The notes beneath the pieces are model-generated. The model ran no database searches. It was not told the origin of the DNA and saw nothing but the letters and a program-made list of their open reading frames with translations. A program made the translations under genes and the position numbers. From Callorhinchus milii (taxonomy: Eukaryota): 64,000 nt of DNA. The stretch lies in assembly GCF_018977255.1 (NCBI RefSeq), contig NW_024704743.1:73162001-73226000 (forward strand), written 5' to 3'. Shown piece by piece: positions 12,886-25,364 of the stretch (the stretch's first letter is position 1; each line of letters opens with the position of its first letter).

Positions 12886-13745
12886 CATGGGTCAACTTCC
12901 ACATGTATGCGGATGACACCCAACTCTATCTCTCTGCCTCCACCCTCGATTCCAGAACCACTGCTGTCCTAACTTTCTTCAATTGAACGTCAGCAAGACT
13001 GAGGCTCTCCTGATTGGCTCCCGTCAGCGCCTACACACCTCAGGCACTGACAGCATCACCATCCATGGATGCACACTCCACCTTTCTAAGCCAGTCCGGA
13101 ATCTTGGCATCTTGTTTGACCCTCAACTATCCTTTCTACCCCATATCCGTGCCATGATCTGCTCTGCTTTCCCCTAGCTCCGCAACATTGCCCGGCTCCA
13201 CCACTGCCTCACCCCTCTCTGCCGAAACCCTCGTACACACATTCATCACATCTAGGCTCGAGACTATGCCAACTCCCTGCTTGTCAGCCTCCCCAACTCT
13301 TCCCTCCACAAGCTGCAGATCATCCAGAACTTTGCAGCTCGTGTCCTTTCCTGCACTCAATGACCCCCACCCTCGCCTGGCTCCACTGGCTCCCCATCTC
13401 TGAGCATAGAGTTCAAAATCCTAATCCTCGCCTTCAAAGCCCTCCACGGCCTTGCCCCTCCCTACCTCTGCGACCTGCTTACCCAGTATCAACCTGTCCG
13501 CTCCCTCCGCTCAGCGGGCTCTAGCCTGCTCCACATCAGGCTTTCTGCCCCCACCCTATGGAACTCTTAAACTTCTCAAGACACTTCTCAAACCCTCCTC
13601 TTCGACCGAGCCTTCCGCCACCCTACCCTCCCTGCACTCCACTTTCCCCGATCCTGACCCCAGCTCAGGTCCAAATCCCTGATGTCCAATGCCTTGGGAT
13701 GTCCTCCCGACATGAAAGGCTCTATACAAATGTAATTTGTATTTT
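12886..13745 (+). mobile_element. L2 LINE fragment from the RT catalytic motif to the 3' tail, frameshifted
   Basis: [51 protein letters not shown]; tail gggatgtcctcccgacatgaaaggctctatacaaatg. Confidence 0.9.
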
Positions 13746-14075
13746 ATTGAACTCCTCAGTTTCTATTTCATCATAAAAAGACTGGACTGAAAGCTTTCTC
13801 AAATCTGAGCATCACATATAGAGAGTAAATCCCAGATTTCACTTGTTCTGTAGCAGAACTACTCCCGTCCTCCCGGTTTTCCAGCTCACATTCATCAACT
13901 GCGGTGTTCCTATTTTATGGTGGCTACACCTTGAAGGTTGATTGAAAATTGCGAAGAGTGTGTCTGTGTCAATTATTCCCAGTTATATTAAGTTTATGGA
14001 AAAAAATGCCTGTCAAAGCCTTAATTTATAGATTGGATGTGGGTGTGAGCTACCTCCTAATTCCAACAATTAAAG

Positions 14076-14485
14076 GCATCAGCATGTCTTAATTGGTAGC
14101 ACGTTTGTCTCTGAGTCAGCGATTATGACCCAGGTCAGGATTTTGAGCTCACTTTCTAGGCTGACATTCCAGTGCATCTTCGTAAGTGCCGTCCTTCAGA
14201 TGAGACGTTAAACCGAAGTCCCGCTTGCCTTTTCAAGTGAATGTTAAAGATCCCTTGGTATTATTCAAAAACAAAAGGGACTTTCTCCAACTGTCCTGGC
14301 CAACAATCCAAAAATAAAGTTGGCTATTCATTTTCATGGCTGTTTGTAGGCCGTTGACCTATATAAATTAGCTGCCATATTTACCCACAAAATACACAGT
14401 GACTACACTTTATAATAAAATCGGGCAAAGCACTTAGAAACATCATCTTAATGTGAAAGGCACAAACACAAGCAAGAATTATTAC
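14076..14485 (+). mobile_element. Near full-length Deu-domain SINE
   Basis: tRNA-like head (ttggtagcacgtttgtctctgagtcag), Deu core cagatgagacgttaaaccgaagtccc...tgaatgttaaagatccc...tgtcctggccaac, and an L2-type tail. Confidence 0.8.
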
Positions 14486-15488
14486 ATTTTTATCGCAGTG
14501 GTTGGACCCAAGGCTGCCTAGGGCAGTCCATGGAAACATTTCAAAGTTCTTCATGGGGTTGATTGCACCACAAAATGACCATGTATTTGTAGGCAACTTG
14601 TGGCATTGGATTTCAGGATACCACCTTAACTCTCTTTTATTTTTAATCAAGTAGCTGTCACTCCAATCCAGGCTGGCAATGCTGGGCCAGCAAGTCTAAT
14701 AGCTGCTTTAGGTGTAACCAGTATGATGGAATTGGGAGAGTGGTCAAACTTACAACCAGTCGATGAATTGAGGCATCAATAGGATAGAATTTTCCTATTG
14801 TGGAATGTGATAATTAAGACATTACAGTTTGCAATTTTCACCCAATTAGTTTAGCCATAGATATTAAAATACAGTGCTATTCCTCACCTAATCTTTACAT
14901 TTGACATCTAACTGGACATGCAGTGAATTTGCACCTTATGAATTAAATCTCATAATGATCATTCGATCATTGAATATTTGATCACCCTTTGTTTTAGCCT
15001 CCTGGCTTTCTGCTAAAAACTATCATGTAAAAGTATTTTAAAAATTAGATCGACTTTGCCCATAAGTGTGACATTATCTGAGACAGTCTTTCAAAGCCAA
15101 TTGATCTTGTAAAATAACTGGTTAGCAGGGAGACTTCTTACTCTTCTGCATCAGGAATTATAATGTGATTCTGAAATGTTCAGTCGGATTTGGCACTCAT
15201 TCTCCTGTGAGGTTCAAACATTTTTACAATATTCATGTGGAGGCGTCAAACCTGATGTTGGCGTGAAAACACAGTGATGTCTTCTACTTGCTTGTTGGTC
15301 ATGTAAGCACTTAATATGCATTCAGAATGATAGGGATATGGGAATACAGGAACAGGAGGATGCCATTCTGCCACTGTTTCTATAAAACAATTAGAGATGT
15401 TACCCTATGTAATAGGCTCTATAAATGCAAATTCTTGGCAAATTTGTTCAATCCAATACTCTTCCTTTTCATCATACCCCTCATTACG

Positions 15489-15819
15489 TGGAATCCTGTA
15501 GCTCAGTGGTTAGAGCACTCGCTTTGCAAGTGAGAGACCTGAGTTCAATTCCAGGCAGAGGGCGAAACCTTGGGCAAGTTTCCTTACTCCACACTCCTAA
15601 TAATAATCCCTCCAAAAAACCCAAAACAATACTAAATTGGTCATTTTCAATCTACGACTGTTTGTGGGACATTGCTGTGCGCAATTGGCTGCTGCGTTCG
15701 CCCACAAATATACAGTCAATTCACTTTACAGTGTGTTCTGTGAAGCGCTTTGGGACGTCCTCCCGACGTGAAAAGCGCTATATCAAATGCAAGGATTATT
15801 ATTATTATTATTATTATTA
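15489..15819 (+). mobile_element. Young full-length tRNA-Ala(TGC)-derived SINE with L2-derived tail and (TTA)n end
   Basis: A box TAGCTCAGTGG (15499-15509), anticodon loop tttgcaa, B box GAGTTCAATTCC (15541-15552), tail agcgctttgggacgtcctcccgacgtgaaaagcgctatatcaaatgcaaggattattatt. Close copies at 37950-38281 and 47533-47850. Confidence 0.92.
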
Positions 15820-16363
15820 CCTCTACTGCATCTGGCAATCTCTCTTTTAGACAGCCCTATTGATTCCACTCTACAGTTTTCTGAACTATTGTGGTAAAGT
15901 AGGTTAGAACTTTGTTGTTATAACCTCCTCTAGACTCAGCATACATGCCCCCCATTCTCACCAGATTCTATTCCCCCATTGGAGGCCAAACTTTCAGTCA
16001 CTGTCTCCGTTCTTTGGAATTCTCCCAAAATACCGTCACCTTGTGCCTTCTCATCCTGTTTTCACAATTCTCCTGAAAAACTCTCTCTGACTGTGGGTTT
16101 GGTTGACATCCTCAAATCCTCCACCTTTCCAATCTTGCACTGTCTCCGTAAAGGAATTTGAGACATTATTCTATGTGAAAGGCTACATAAGTGCAAGTTC
16201 TTGTCTGTAGCCATGAATCAGTCATCGGAAATATGTTCTCTACTTATCAGTATTGATACATAATGCCTCCTCATGTATCAGCATGGATTGACGACTTATT
16301 TTCTTTCAATGTCAAGTTCTGCAGAATAGCAAAAACTGACATTCACTGCATTGATTTTCTATC

Positions 16364-16720
16364 CAACAACAACAATTTGGATTTATATAGCGCCCTCCAC
16401 GCTGGATGGCGTCTCAGAGCGCTTCACAGTAACGGATCCCGGGGCCGAGCCAGGGGGAGGGGGAGGAAGGTGACCAAAGGCGCGGTCGAAGAGAAAGGTC
16501 TTCAGCCGAGACCTAAAAATAGGAAGAGAGGGGGCGAGGCGAAGCGAGAGAGAGGAAGGGAGTTCCAGAGCCTCGGGGCGTAGTGGCTGAAGGCACGGCC
16601 GCCGAGGGTGGAGCGGAGGACTCGGGGGACAAGGAGGAGGCCAGACCTGGTGGAATGAAGGCAACGGCACTGTTGTGAGGAGAGAGGAAGTCAGAGGTAG
16701 GGGGGTGCAGAGGTGCATTT
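16364..16720 (-). mobile_element. L2 LINE 3' end, second subfamily (same as 61250-61424)
   Basis: caacaacaacaatttggatttatatagcgccctccacgc tail; minus ORF ...[12 protein letters not shown]. Confidence 0.85.
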
Positions 16721-17776
16721 AATTCAGGCCTGTTCTGAGTGTGACTTGTAGATGCAAATGAGTATTCCACACAGGAATTTGGGACTTACAGCCTGGGTGA
16801 AAATACAGTCATTGAATCTATTGAGCTATGGAATGTGAACAATTATCTGCACTATTTCATTTGACTGTCCTCTAGACACGGTGTCCTCTTCTGCACCAAG
16901 TTTACAACCCTATCATCTACATTCACATTTGATTCTGCTGGATCTCTGCTTATCGGTCTGTGAATGTCTGCGTCCCTACTGCCCCGGCCATTCCATTCAC
17001 TCAGCAGACACTTGCATGGTGCATGTTCCCGGTCTGTTTCATCCACTAATGGTGGGCAATCTTTCAGCCACTCTGCCCCTGCTCTCATTTTGCTTCTTAA
17101 GTGCTCTGACACGCTGCCCTGATGGAAGGGTGTTATATGAATGCTAGTTGTTGTTTTTTCCTTCCCTGCTTTCAAAACCTACCTTAAAAACTATTTTGTC
17201 AATCTCACTTTTGTCTATCTTCCCCCCTGCAGGGTTCTATCCAACTTCGGTACCCAGGCAGTTGCATGACACCTTAAGACCCCCTGACTCATTTGATAGT
17301 CCAGTCAAATCTCAGTCATAGGGTGTGGATTCAGGTCCCAGATTGGGACTTTGAACTCATACATTCTAAGCTAACACTTCAGTCCTTTGCTAGTGTTTTG
17401 CTGCCTTGTTTGAGGTGCTGTCCGTTAGAGAGTTTCTTTTCCTCGGTGTCCTGGCCAGTAATCTCCCAGATAAAATTGATTATTCACTTCATGACTATTT
17501 GTGGGACATTTCTTTGCTCAAATTGGCTGCTGTATTTGCCTATAAAATACACAATCATTGCACATCACAGTAAACTCCATGAAGCACTTTGAAACATCCT
17601 CCCAGAGTGAAAGGCTTTATATCAAATGCAAGGATTATTATTATTATAATTTCAGTTGCGTATTGGCTCTAGGGCCATCGCAATTGGTCTCAGAATCCTG
17701 GGCTATAGAGGGGAAAACTGTCCAAGGATCTTGTTGCTGATTGTTATCAGGTGGAAAATGAGTATATATAATATGG

Positions 17777-18203
17777 ATAATAATAATCCTTGCATTTGAT
17801 ATAACACTTATCACATTGCTGAGATGTCTCAAAGCACTTCAGAGGATTTTACTGTACAGTGAATCCACTGTGTATTTTGTAAGCGAATAAGGCAGCTGAT
17901 TTCCTACGAAGATTGATGAGGTGAATGATCAATTTTATCTGGGGAGGGGGGTTATTGGCCAGGACACTGGGAGAAATTCTCATCTCTTTTGAATAGTGTT
18001 ATGGGATCTTTAATGTCCACCTAAACTGATAGACGGGACTTTGGTTTAGCATCCAAAGGGTGACACTTCCAACAATGCAATACTCCCGCAGCACTGCACT
18101 GAAGTACCAGTCGAGACTGTGAGCTCAAAGTCCTGACATAGGGCTTGAACCCACAACCTTCTGAATCAATGTCGAGAGTACTATCAACTGAGCCAGGCTG
18201 ATA
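17777..18203 (-). mobile_element. Full-length Deu-domain SINE
   Basis: (TAA)n tail at 17777, Deu core atgggatctttaatgtccacc...ttggtttagcatc, head gggcttgaacccacaaccttctga...tcaactgagccaggctga. Confidence 0.82.
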
Positions 18204-18924
18204 CTTACCCCAATGAAGACAAGATTGGGCTCAGCCGTGATGTACCCTGCAGTTAACAGCCTTCTGACAACGGAGCTATGGAACTTGGTGAGGTAGGGGA
18301 GTGTTACTGACAACTGTGGAATTATAGCCTCGATAGAGGGAGAGTGGAAAAGAAGAGTCAGAATCTCCGAAGGAGAGGTGGAAGGGGAGGGGATATTGAA
18401 AAGAAAAATGCTGTATTTTGGTGTGATTTATTTTATCACTTAATCTGCTTCCTCCTTTCATTGTTTTGTGAATACTTCCATAAAAGATGGTACTCCATTG
18501 ATCGTTCACACAAAAAATCGAAAATCTATTCCATTTAAACATCATGGGCGATTGCTTGCCTTTCTATTTTTATATGCTGGTTAAATTTTTATATACATTA
18601 ATCGCAGCAGCAACTGCCAAAAACCTTCAAATGGCAAAAAATGGTTGAAATAATTTTCACATTTTACATTGCACAAAAAAATTGGACCCTTGATGTCGGT
18701 CAAAACAGTATAATTGTATACTTTGGGGTAAAATCTTAGTTCTTGCTTGTTGACTGTTCACCTTTGGTGCTTTGCAATTTTTTCTCACAATTTATAGAGT
18801 TTGTCTTCAGATACGATAGACACTTCACTTTGCAGGGAAATCATGTGAAGCAGTTTGAGTTGCTTCAACAACACAATAATGCACTATATCAAATGCAAGA
18901 TCATTTTTATTATTATTATTATAA

Positions 18925-19560
18925 TGTTATTGCAGTTTAAATCACTTTGTAGAGGTAGTTTCTAAGTGGTTTTCAGTGATGCGTCAGCCAGAACAAAAAT
19001 ACCGTCACGCTACATATGAATGTATGTAACTTTTCTTAGTATGTTTGAACTACTTTTTGCAGGAGTTTGATATTTTGTTCACCAGATATTTTGTGAATCC
19101 ATTTCTGAATAGTAGTATTAACAGTCCCAGTTGCACTGTTGATTATAGGAACTATATTTTATGCTGCCACATACATCCGTATTCAATTTGTAAATCAATA
19201 TATTTTCTAGTCTTTAGTTCTTTATTTCTTACATTGCAATCACTTGGGATCGCCACATCAATAATACTACGTGTACAATCTAGTTGTTTTTTATGATAAT
19301 ACTTGGTTTGTTACTGGTGTTCTATCTGTATGCACTTGTGAGTCTCAGATTATTGTGATGTTATTTTTGTTGTCACTTTTGCTGGTTGATGTTTGTATCA
19401 ATTGGTTTTTACATCAATGTCAAAGTGTTTACAAATTGTTTAGTGAAGATATTTCTATGTTGTTATGTTCAATCCGATACTTTGATTGTGCTAGGGCTGA
19501 ACATAATGACAATATATGGTCTACTGTTTCTGGCGTATATTTTATGAATACTGTATTTTC
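18925..19560 (-). mobile_element. R4/Dong-like non-LTR retrotransposon 3' part (zinc-knuckle end, restriction-like endonuclease, 3' UTR), degenerate
   Basis: Minus strand translates PETVDHILSLCSALAQSKYRIEHNNI (19533 leftwards), IIDVAIPSDCNVRNKELKTRKYIDLQIEYGCMW (19265 leftwards), VPIINSATGTV and ILRKV, matching the ETxxH..C, IDxAIP..KxxKY and VP...ALG RLE motifs. Contains stops and frameshifts. Confidence 0.8.
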
Positions 19561-19890
19561 AAATGAGATAAAGTCTCAGAGAACAGAGGAAAGAGGTGCT
19601 AAATATGACAGTTGAAGATAGACAACAAATACCAAAAATAACTAAGAATACAGCTGCAAAGAAAAACATTCAGATAGCCCATGTGGAAATCTGATACATT
19701 AAATTGGCAGGAATTGAACATAGAAAAAGGTAATGCCCTACTATTTGCATCAGTGATCATATTGGTAGAAAAACAAGGCAGTAAGATCAAAGAAAAAATT
19801 AAGAAATAACTGAAAGAACCTGAATGGAAAACAAATATTCAGAAACAGATTAATGATTACAGAAGTGATCTCTCCATCCTGACTGAAATA
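19561..19890 (+). mobile_element. R4/Dong-like N-terminal (pre-RT) ORF fragment, opposite orientation to 18925-19560
   Basis: EDRQQIPKI...GNALLFASVIILVEKQGSKIK...KEPEWKTNIQKQINDYRSDLSILTE resembles the R..LPKL / N.LIYAAA / P.WK.R....I...R.DLS.L region I recall for R4/Dong ORFs. Confidence 0.6.
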
Positions 19891-19899
19891 TGCAATTAT

Positions 19900-20121
19900 T
19901 ATAATTATCAAAATTAAACCAAAAACAATAATAAATTAGTCATTTTCAATCTACGACTGTTTGTGGGACATTGCTGTGCGCAATTGGCTGCCGCGTTCGC
20001 CCACAAATATACAGTCAATTCACTTTACAGTGTGTTCTGTGAAGCGCTTTGGGACGTCCTCCCGACGTGAAAAGCGCTATATCAAATGCAAGGATTATTA
20101 TTATTATTATTATTATTATTA
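19900..20121 (+). mobile_element. 5'-truncated copy of the tRNA-Ala SINE
   Basis: Almost identical to 15625-15819, with a long (TTA)n tail. Confidence 0.9.
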
Positions 20122-20964
20122 TCATCACAGACAATTTACAGCATAGAGCCTTTAGTCTATCAGTCCTGTGCCACTGGAGCTATCTGTTTTAATCATATTC
20201 CCCTGCTATTTCCCTGTATCCTTTAATATTTTTCATTATGTATTTACTCAGTTCCCTCTTAAATGCTGTTTTAAACTTGATCTCAACAGCCATTAGTGGT
20301 GATGAATCCCACGATCTAACAATTTTCTGTGTAAAAAAACGTTTCTTCTATCCTTGCCCATTCTTCTTCCAACAGTAATCGTTATTATCAGTGTCCTATT
20401 GTTTGCCATATGTATAATAATATTATATGTATAAGTGTTTAGCACAAGGGAAAGGTAAATGAGAAGGTGAATTTTTTTGTATCAGGTCAGTCATCCATTC
20501 ATTCCTTTGTTTTCTTTCATTTTACAGACTAGCCTGAAAAATGGATTCTGTTGTGTCTTGAACAGTATTTGTCTTGAAACCTCTAAAACAGAATACTGGA
20601 ATAGTCCTGTTTCTTCATTAGCTAAATTTTAGTCTTTATAGTTTCAGCCTTTGAATGGCACTCTTGGCTTTGGTTTCCAGTCTGAGTAACTCAATATTAT
20701 ATAAAATTTGTAACTATTAACTTGAAAGCCAACAAACCTCGGTTATTCAATTCGAACAGTTTGATTTGGTTACTAGTCTGCAATCCCATGCAATATAAAA
20801 ATGCAAATGCTATTGTTTATCTTCAGGGGATGGAGGAAAGAGTCACCTTACTGAGGATTTCTGTTTATATGGTAGTAACTTGTACAGTGTGGACATTTTT
20901 TATTCTGTCACTAATCAGACATTTGGCAGCAAATAAAGAAATGATCCAGTTGATCGCCTGCTGA

Positions 20965-21096
<132 letters not shown>

Positions 21097-23289
21097 TAAC
21101 TTTTTTTTACCAATCTAATGGGCTGAAATTCTGATTGGTGATGTTGCACGCCTTTGTTGTTATTGCACACTAATAGGCGTTCCCCATTATAAATGTGCAG
21201 TACCAAAGGCTTAAGACCAACCAGAATGTCAACCAACAGCTAAAGTAGAAATACATATTGTACTGATTATTTTGTGTTGAATTCTCTGGATTGATTTATT
21301 TGCGGTGTTTTATTTATTTGTGGAGACATTGATGTGTATTTCAAATTTTGCTCAGACATATATATATAAACTGAATAAACCTGTTTATCTTTAACTACTG
21401 TACACCAAGATATTTGAAGCCATGCTATCACCTTTGTAAGTAGTTGGGAAAGAGCTTTCTTTGTTTATCGACATATTTGCTAAAATGTGAGACAGTCACA
21501 AAAGTATTGTCTCACTTACACTTGATTTCTTCATGAGACAGATTATGCTGAGCTCTTTCATAGACCACTTCCACTGTATCAGTTGGCAAAATTCTGAATA
21601 ACTGACACAAACCCTTAATTATAACTGCAGTTGTAGGATATCAATACCTTATTTAGAGCTCAGTGAGGAATCTCGCACCACATGGTTTCCTGCCAACTGA
21701 AGTATAAGTATTGCAAGGACAAGGCAAGCTTTTACATTGAATATTCTGAGTAAGTGAACTGCTCATAGGACTGTCAACTTTTCGATAATGTTGAAAAATA
21801 ACCAACATTAGGGCACTGGTTTAGGGGAAATTGTGAGGCAGAGAAAAGAATATACTCTGATCACTGTCCAGAATGAGTCACCATTTGGGCTCAGCTGTGA
21901 TGCTATGAGAGCTGAAAACTTGTGTGTCTACGCTCACAGAATGTAGAATGATCATTTCGGCAAGTAGTGGAAGTCCATTGAACCATACTGTAGCACCTAC
22001 TAAAATAAAATAAAATAAAATAAAATAGGAATGGTCCACAACCTCTTGGTTTTAAGTTATTTTATCTGTCATATTCTCTCTTGTATCCTCCCTCCCACTC
22101 AATAATTATACTACACATTTTGTGGTGAATCATGGTGACATTGACAGAAAATTATTGTATAGTACTAATTTGGGGTTCAGTATAAATTGTGTCGGACCCG
22201 CTTTGAGGAGCAATACTATTTATGTCTGCTCCTGTATAAACATGACAAGTTTGAACTGGGCTGGGCTTGCTTCTCCTCAGTGGTGCATTGAACTGCCCAG
22301 GAATTTTGACACAGACTGCTTTAAATTACTTCTAAGAAATTAAAAAGTAATTCCTTCAACGTTAGAAGGTTGGCTGACAGCACTTCATACAGTTGACTGG
22401 ACATCCGAGCTGGGTGAAAAGACCTGGGGAGGGAGGGGGAAGATGACTGAAAGCACAACTGTAGAGATATACCTTAAGTAAGGGTGAGGTGGAGAAAAGA
22501 GAGGGGGTAAAGTAGAAGAACTCAGCAATCTTTTAAATAACATTACAAGCCAACATTACCAACAACATTACCCGTGCTCAGAACTGTAACATTGTTTTTT
22601 ATGGCTCCAATGTGATAGAAGGTCGATCGAGAAGCACAATTTAGATCTCTGCTTCCTGCTCCATATCTCTTGTTACTGGGAGCGCAGCAACTTCACTGCC
22701 AGCAGTATAACCGCACAATTATACCTTGGCTTGACTGTAGCTTCCCAGTGCTCTGTGACCAGATGGCAAAGATGCTGTGATAGTAAATGGTAACCAATTC
22801 TCCTCTCTCTTCCATTGGTAGGCAGCTTGTCCCTGTTCAGTACTGTGACAATGGGCGAGCTGACAAGCATAGCTGAAGCTTTAGTGCAGATGTCAACCGA
22901 GGCTAGGGTTTAAGTCTGAACCTTGTGGCCCTCACAGCGCAATAATGAACTGCACTGCCTGCCAGTAAATTCTCATTAGATGGATATAAAACTGTTAAAC
23001 CATTGAAAACATCAACTTTGTAGCAGACATGTTTAAGCGCTTGGGCAAGTGACAATATACTGACCCTGTTTGACATAATCTTAATGTGGCTGCAGGAAAG
23101 CAGAGCTGTGCTTTTATTGCTACAGGAATTTCTGATAACTTCAGTAATGCTGGCGGTCAGATGAACACTGGCTGTCAGTTAAAAGCGAGCTGATCGGCAT
23201 ACTTGGTAACTTAAACACCAAATGATGCTGTAGAAATCCATCCAGAGGTGATATATCTGATTGTTACTGGAAAAGTGACAATCAAGTGG

Positions 23290-23440
23290 GGTGACTGTGG
23301 ATAATTATTTGGGGAGGACAAGTTTGCAGAGCTATGGGGAGAGCACGGGGGAGCGGGATTGATTTGGATAGCTCTTTTAAAAGAGCCGGCACAGACACGA
23401 TGGGCCGAATGGCTTCCTTCTGTGCTGTGTAATTCTATGA
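23290..23440 (+). mobile_element. CR1-type 3' end (shark-like); related short copies near 6660-6775, 20125-20400, 28700-28820, 30715-30790, 55760-55940 and 58360-58620
   Basis: gagccggcacagacacgatgggccgaatggcttccttctgtgctgtgtaattctatga, a CR1 3' hairpin followed by an attctatg terminal repeat. Confidence 0.75.
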
Positions 23441-24594
23441 AGTACATTTGCCAATAGTGAGCAAATGGTGGCATAAATCCCTCAATAACAAATTGACTTT
23501 ACTGATTTGAACAACCCCCAGTTTTTTCTGCCTGCCTCTTGTTAAGGTGTTCACTATTCCTAGGCTATGATTCCACCAGTTCTGCTAGTTGTCCCTACCA
23601 CATAACCTCCCTTGACAAGTTGGCATTCTAAATGTGCAAGTCTTTCAGAAGGTCTTCCAAAAGACTTATTGGAAGACAATGAACATTGGTTATTAGACTG
23701 TCTCTTGTGGGACAGAGTATCAAAGGTCTTCTGGAAGTCTGCATAGACTCACAGCATAGCCTGAGCCAGCCCTATTTGCACACAATAATAATCGTAATAA
23801 TAAATATCCTTGCATTTGGTATAGTACCTATCACATCAGAAAGATGTTGAAAAGAGCTTCACAGGATTTACTGTGAAGTGTAGTCACTATTTTGTAGGTG
23901 AATGCAGCAGACTTATGGTGCTTGAAAGTATTGTCTTCCCTTCAACTACTCCTGTGCCAGTGCTCAAAACAATGGCAACTTTCAGGCAGGTGTAAAAAAG
24001 CCCACTCTGAACAAGGACACTCAAAATGGGCAGCTTGTAGGGAAGTGTCAGCCTGCATGCAACATTGCTTCTGGCAACATCAAAAAGATATAGGATATAA
24101 GATGAGATTTTTTTGAGCTTCTCTCTTTATTGAATAGCGCTTTTCAAAAACCTCTTTAAAACCAATCTCTTCAACTGCGTGTTTGATCAATATCCTTAAA
24201 TCTCCAATTTCCCTGCTTATTGGCCTAAATATCCAATTGTAGCAAAGAAAATGACAGTGAGACACTATTATGTTACCAGCCAGGGAGCTAGTAGCAAACT
24301 TTCCCTGTTTTCACTTTGGTATGTATTTGATAATTTTTATTAGCTATAGTACTTTTACGGGAGTACTCATTAAAGTATATGACCACCTTGTAAAATTGAG
24401 CATATCATATTTATAATATCCCAGCATCCGTATTTAATTTCTATTCTTGAAGTAATTAAATTAATTGTTTTCTTGCTTTTTGGAACAGTCTCATAAATAG
24501 CTATGCATGTAGAGCTCACAGTCGGTTTATGAGACTATTTATTCATGTCTTCATTGACGCTTTGCCTTCATTCATGCTGTCAACATCTTTGCAG

Positions 24595-24663
24595 GAATTG
24601 GGAGGATGAAGAAGTTGTCATTCAAATCGCATTCAAGGAGGAAACAACCTTCCCCCCAAAGAT
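24595..24663 (+). other. Candidate stop-containing (poison) cassette exon between the two coding exons
   Basis: Acceptor ctttgcAG (24593-24594), branch-like cattgac about 37 nt upstream, purine-rich body with GAAGAAG, donor GAT|gtgagg. In the incoming phase 0 it reads GAA TTG GGA GGA TGA (stop at 24607-24609). No transcript support available. Confidence 0.35.
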
Positions 24664-25282
24664 GTGAGGTTCAGTAACTAAGTTTTATACTGTGCTGCAG
24701 ATTATCGGAAGACCATTTGGATGCCATTGCTTTATCATAGGTCACCCCAGGGTGTACATACAAATTAGAGAATGTTTAGCAACAGATGAGGGCACATTGC
24801 CAATCACACAAGACAGCTACTGGCCCTTTAACCCCCTCCCCATTCCCCTCACCAGACTCCCACAACGTGCTCAAAAAGGATGATTACCACTCACTTTGGG
24901 TTATTGAAAACACTCATGCCATCTTGCCCTCTAGTGACATTTGAATTCATATGAACATGTCTACAATGTACACAATTATGCGAAAGCAAATTGGCTCTCG
25001 CATTAATCTGTTCACTATACTGAGGTGAAACCAGCAAGCTACCTCATTGCAGTTCCAGGATATTTCCACTCGGAGCTCCCTTGAGTCCTGTGAAAATATT
25101 TTGTGGGGAATCAAGGGCTATCATCAATTATTCTGTGGTTGAGGTAGCCTTTGATCCCTCGGAAAAATCCCTCCAGTAAAGGGATCTCCCGAAGCAGCCA
25201 ATGCTCTGTGTATTTGACAAATAGGATGTTTGTATACTTTTGTAATATAAGGGTGTGCTGAATATCATACATACTTTTGAAG

Positions 25283-25364
25283 TATATATGATACTTCACG
25301 TATCATATATACTTCACGTATCATATATACTTCACGTATCATACATACTTCACGTGTCATATAT
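25283..25364. repeat. 18-bp minisatellite, about 4 copies (tatcatatatacttcacg)
   Basis: Seen directly; produces the spurious IREVYM repeat in ORF 25265..25495. Confidence 0.9.

Noticed and set aside
15489..15565. tRNA-Ala(TGC) gene
   Set aside because: The acceptor stem does not pair and the sequence continues into a SINE body and tail repeated several times in the window; it is a SINE head.
25111..25299. EGFFRGIKGY resembling the ZNF804 first-exon motif (GH.R.IKGVFRG)
   Set aside because: Wrong strand relative to the coding exons, no further similarity and no fitting splice donor; likely chance.
25283..25364. CRISPR-like array or repeat protein (IREVYM)n
   Set aside because: Head-to-tail 18-bp tandem with no spacers in a vertebrate intron; an ordinary minisatellite.
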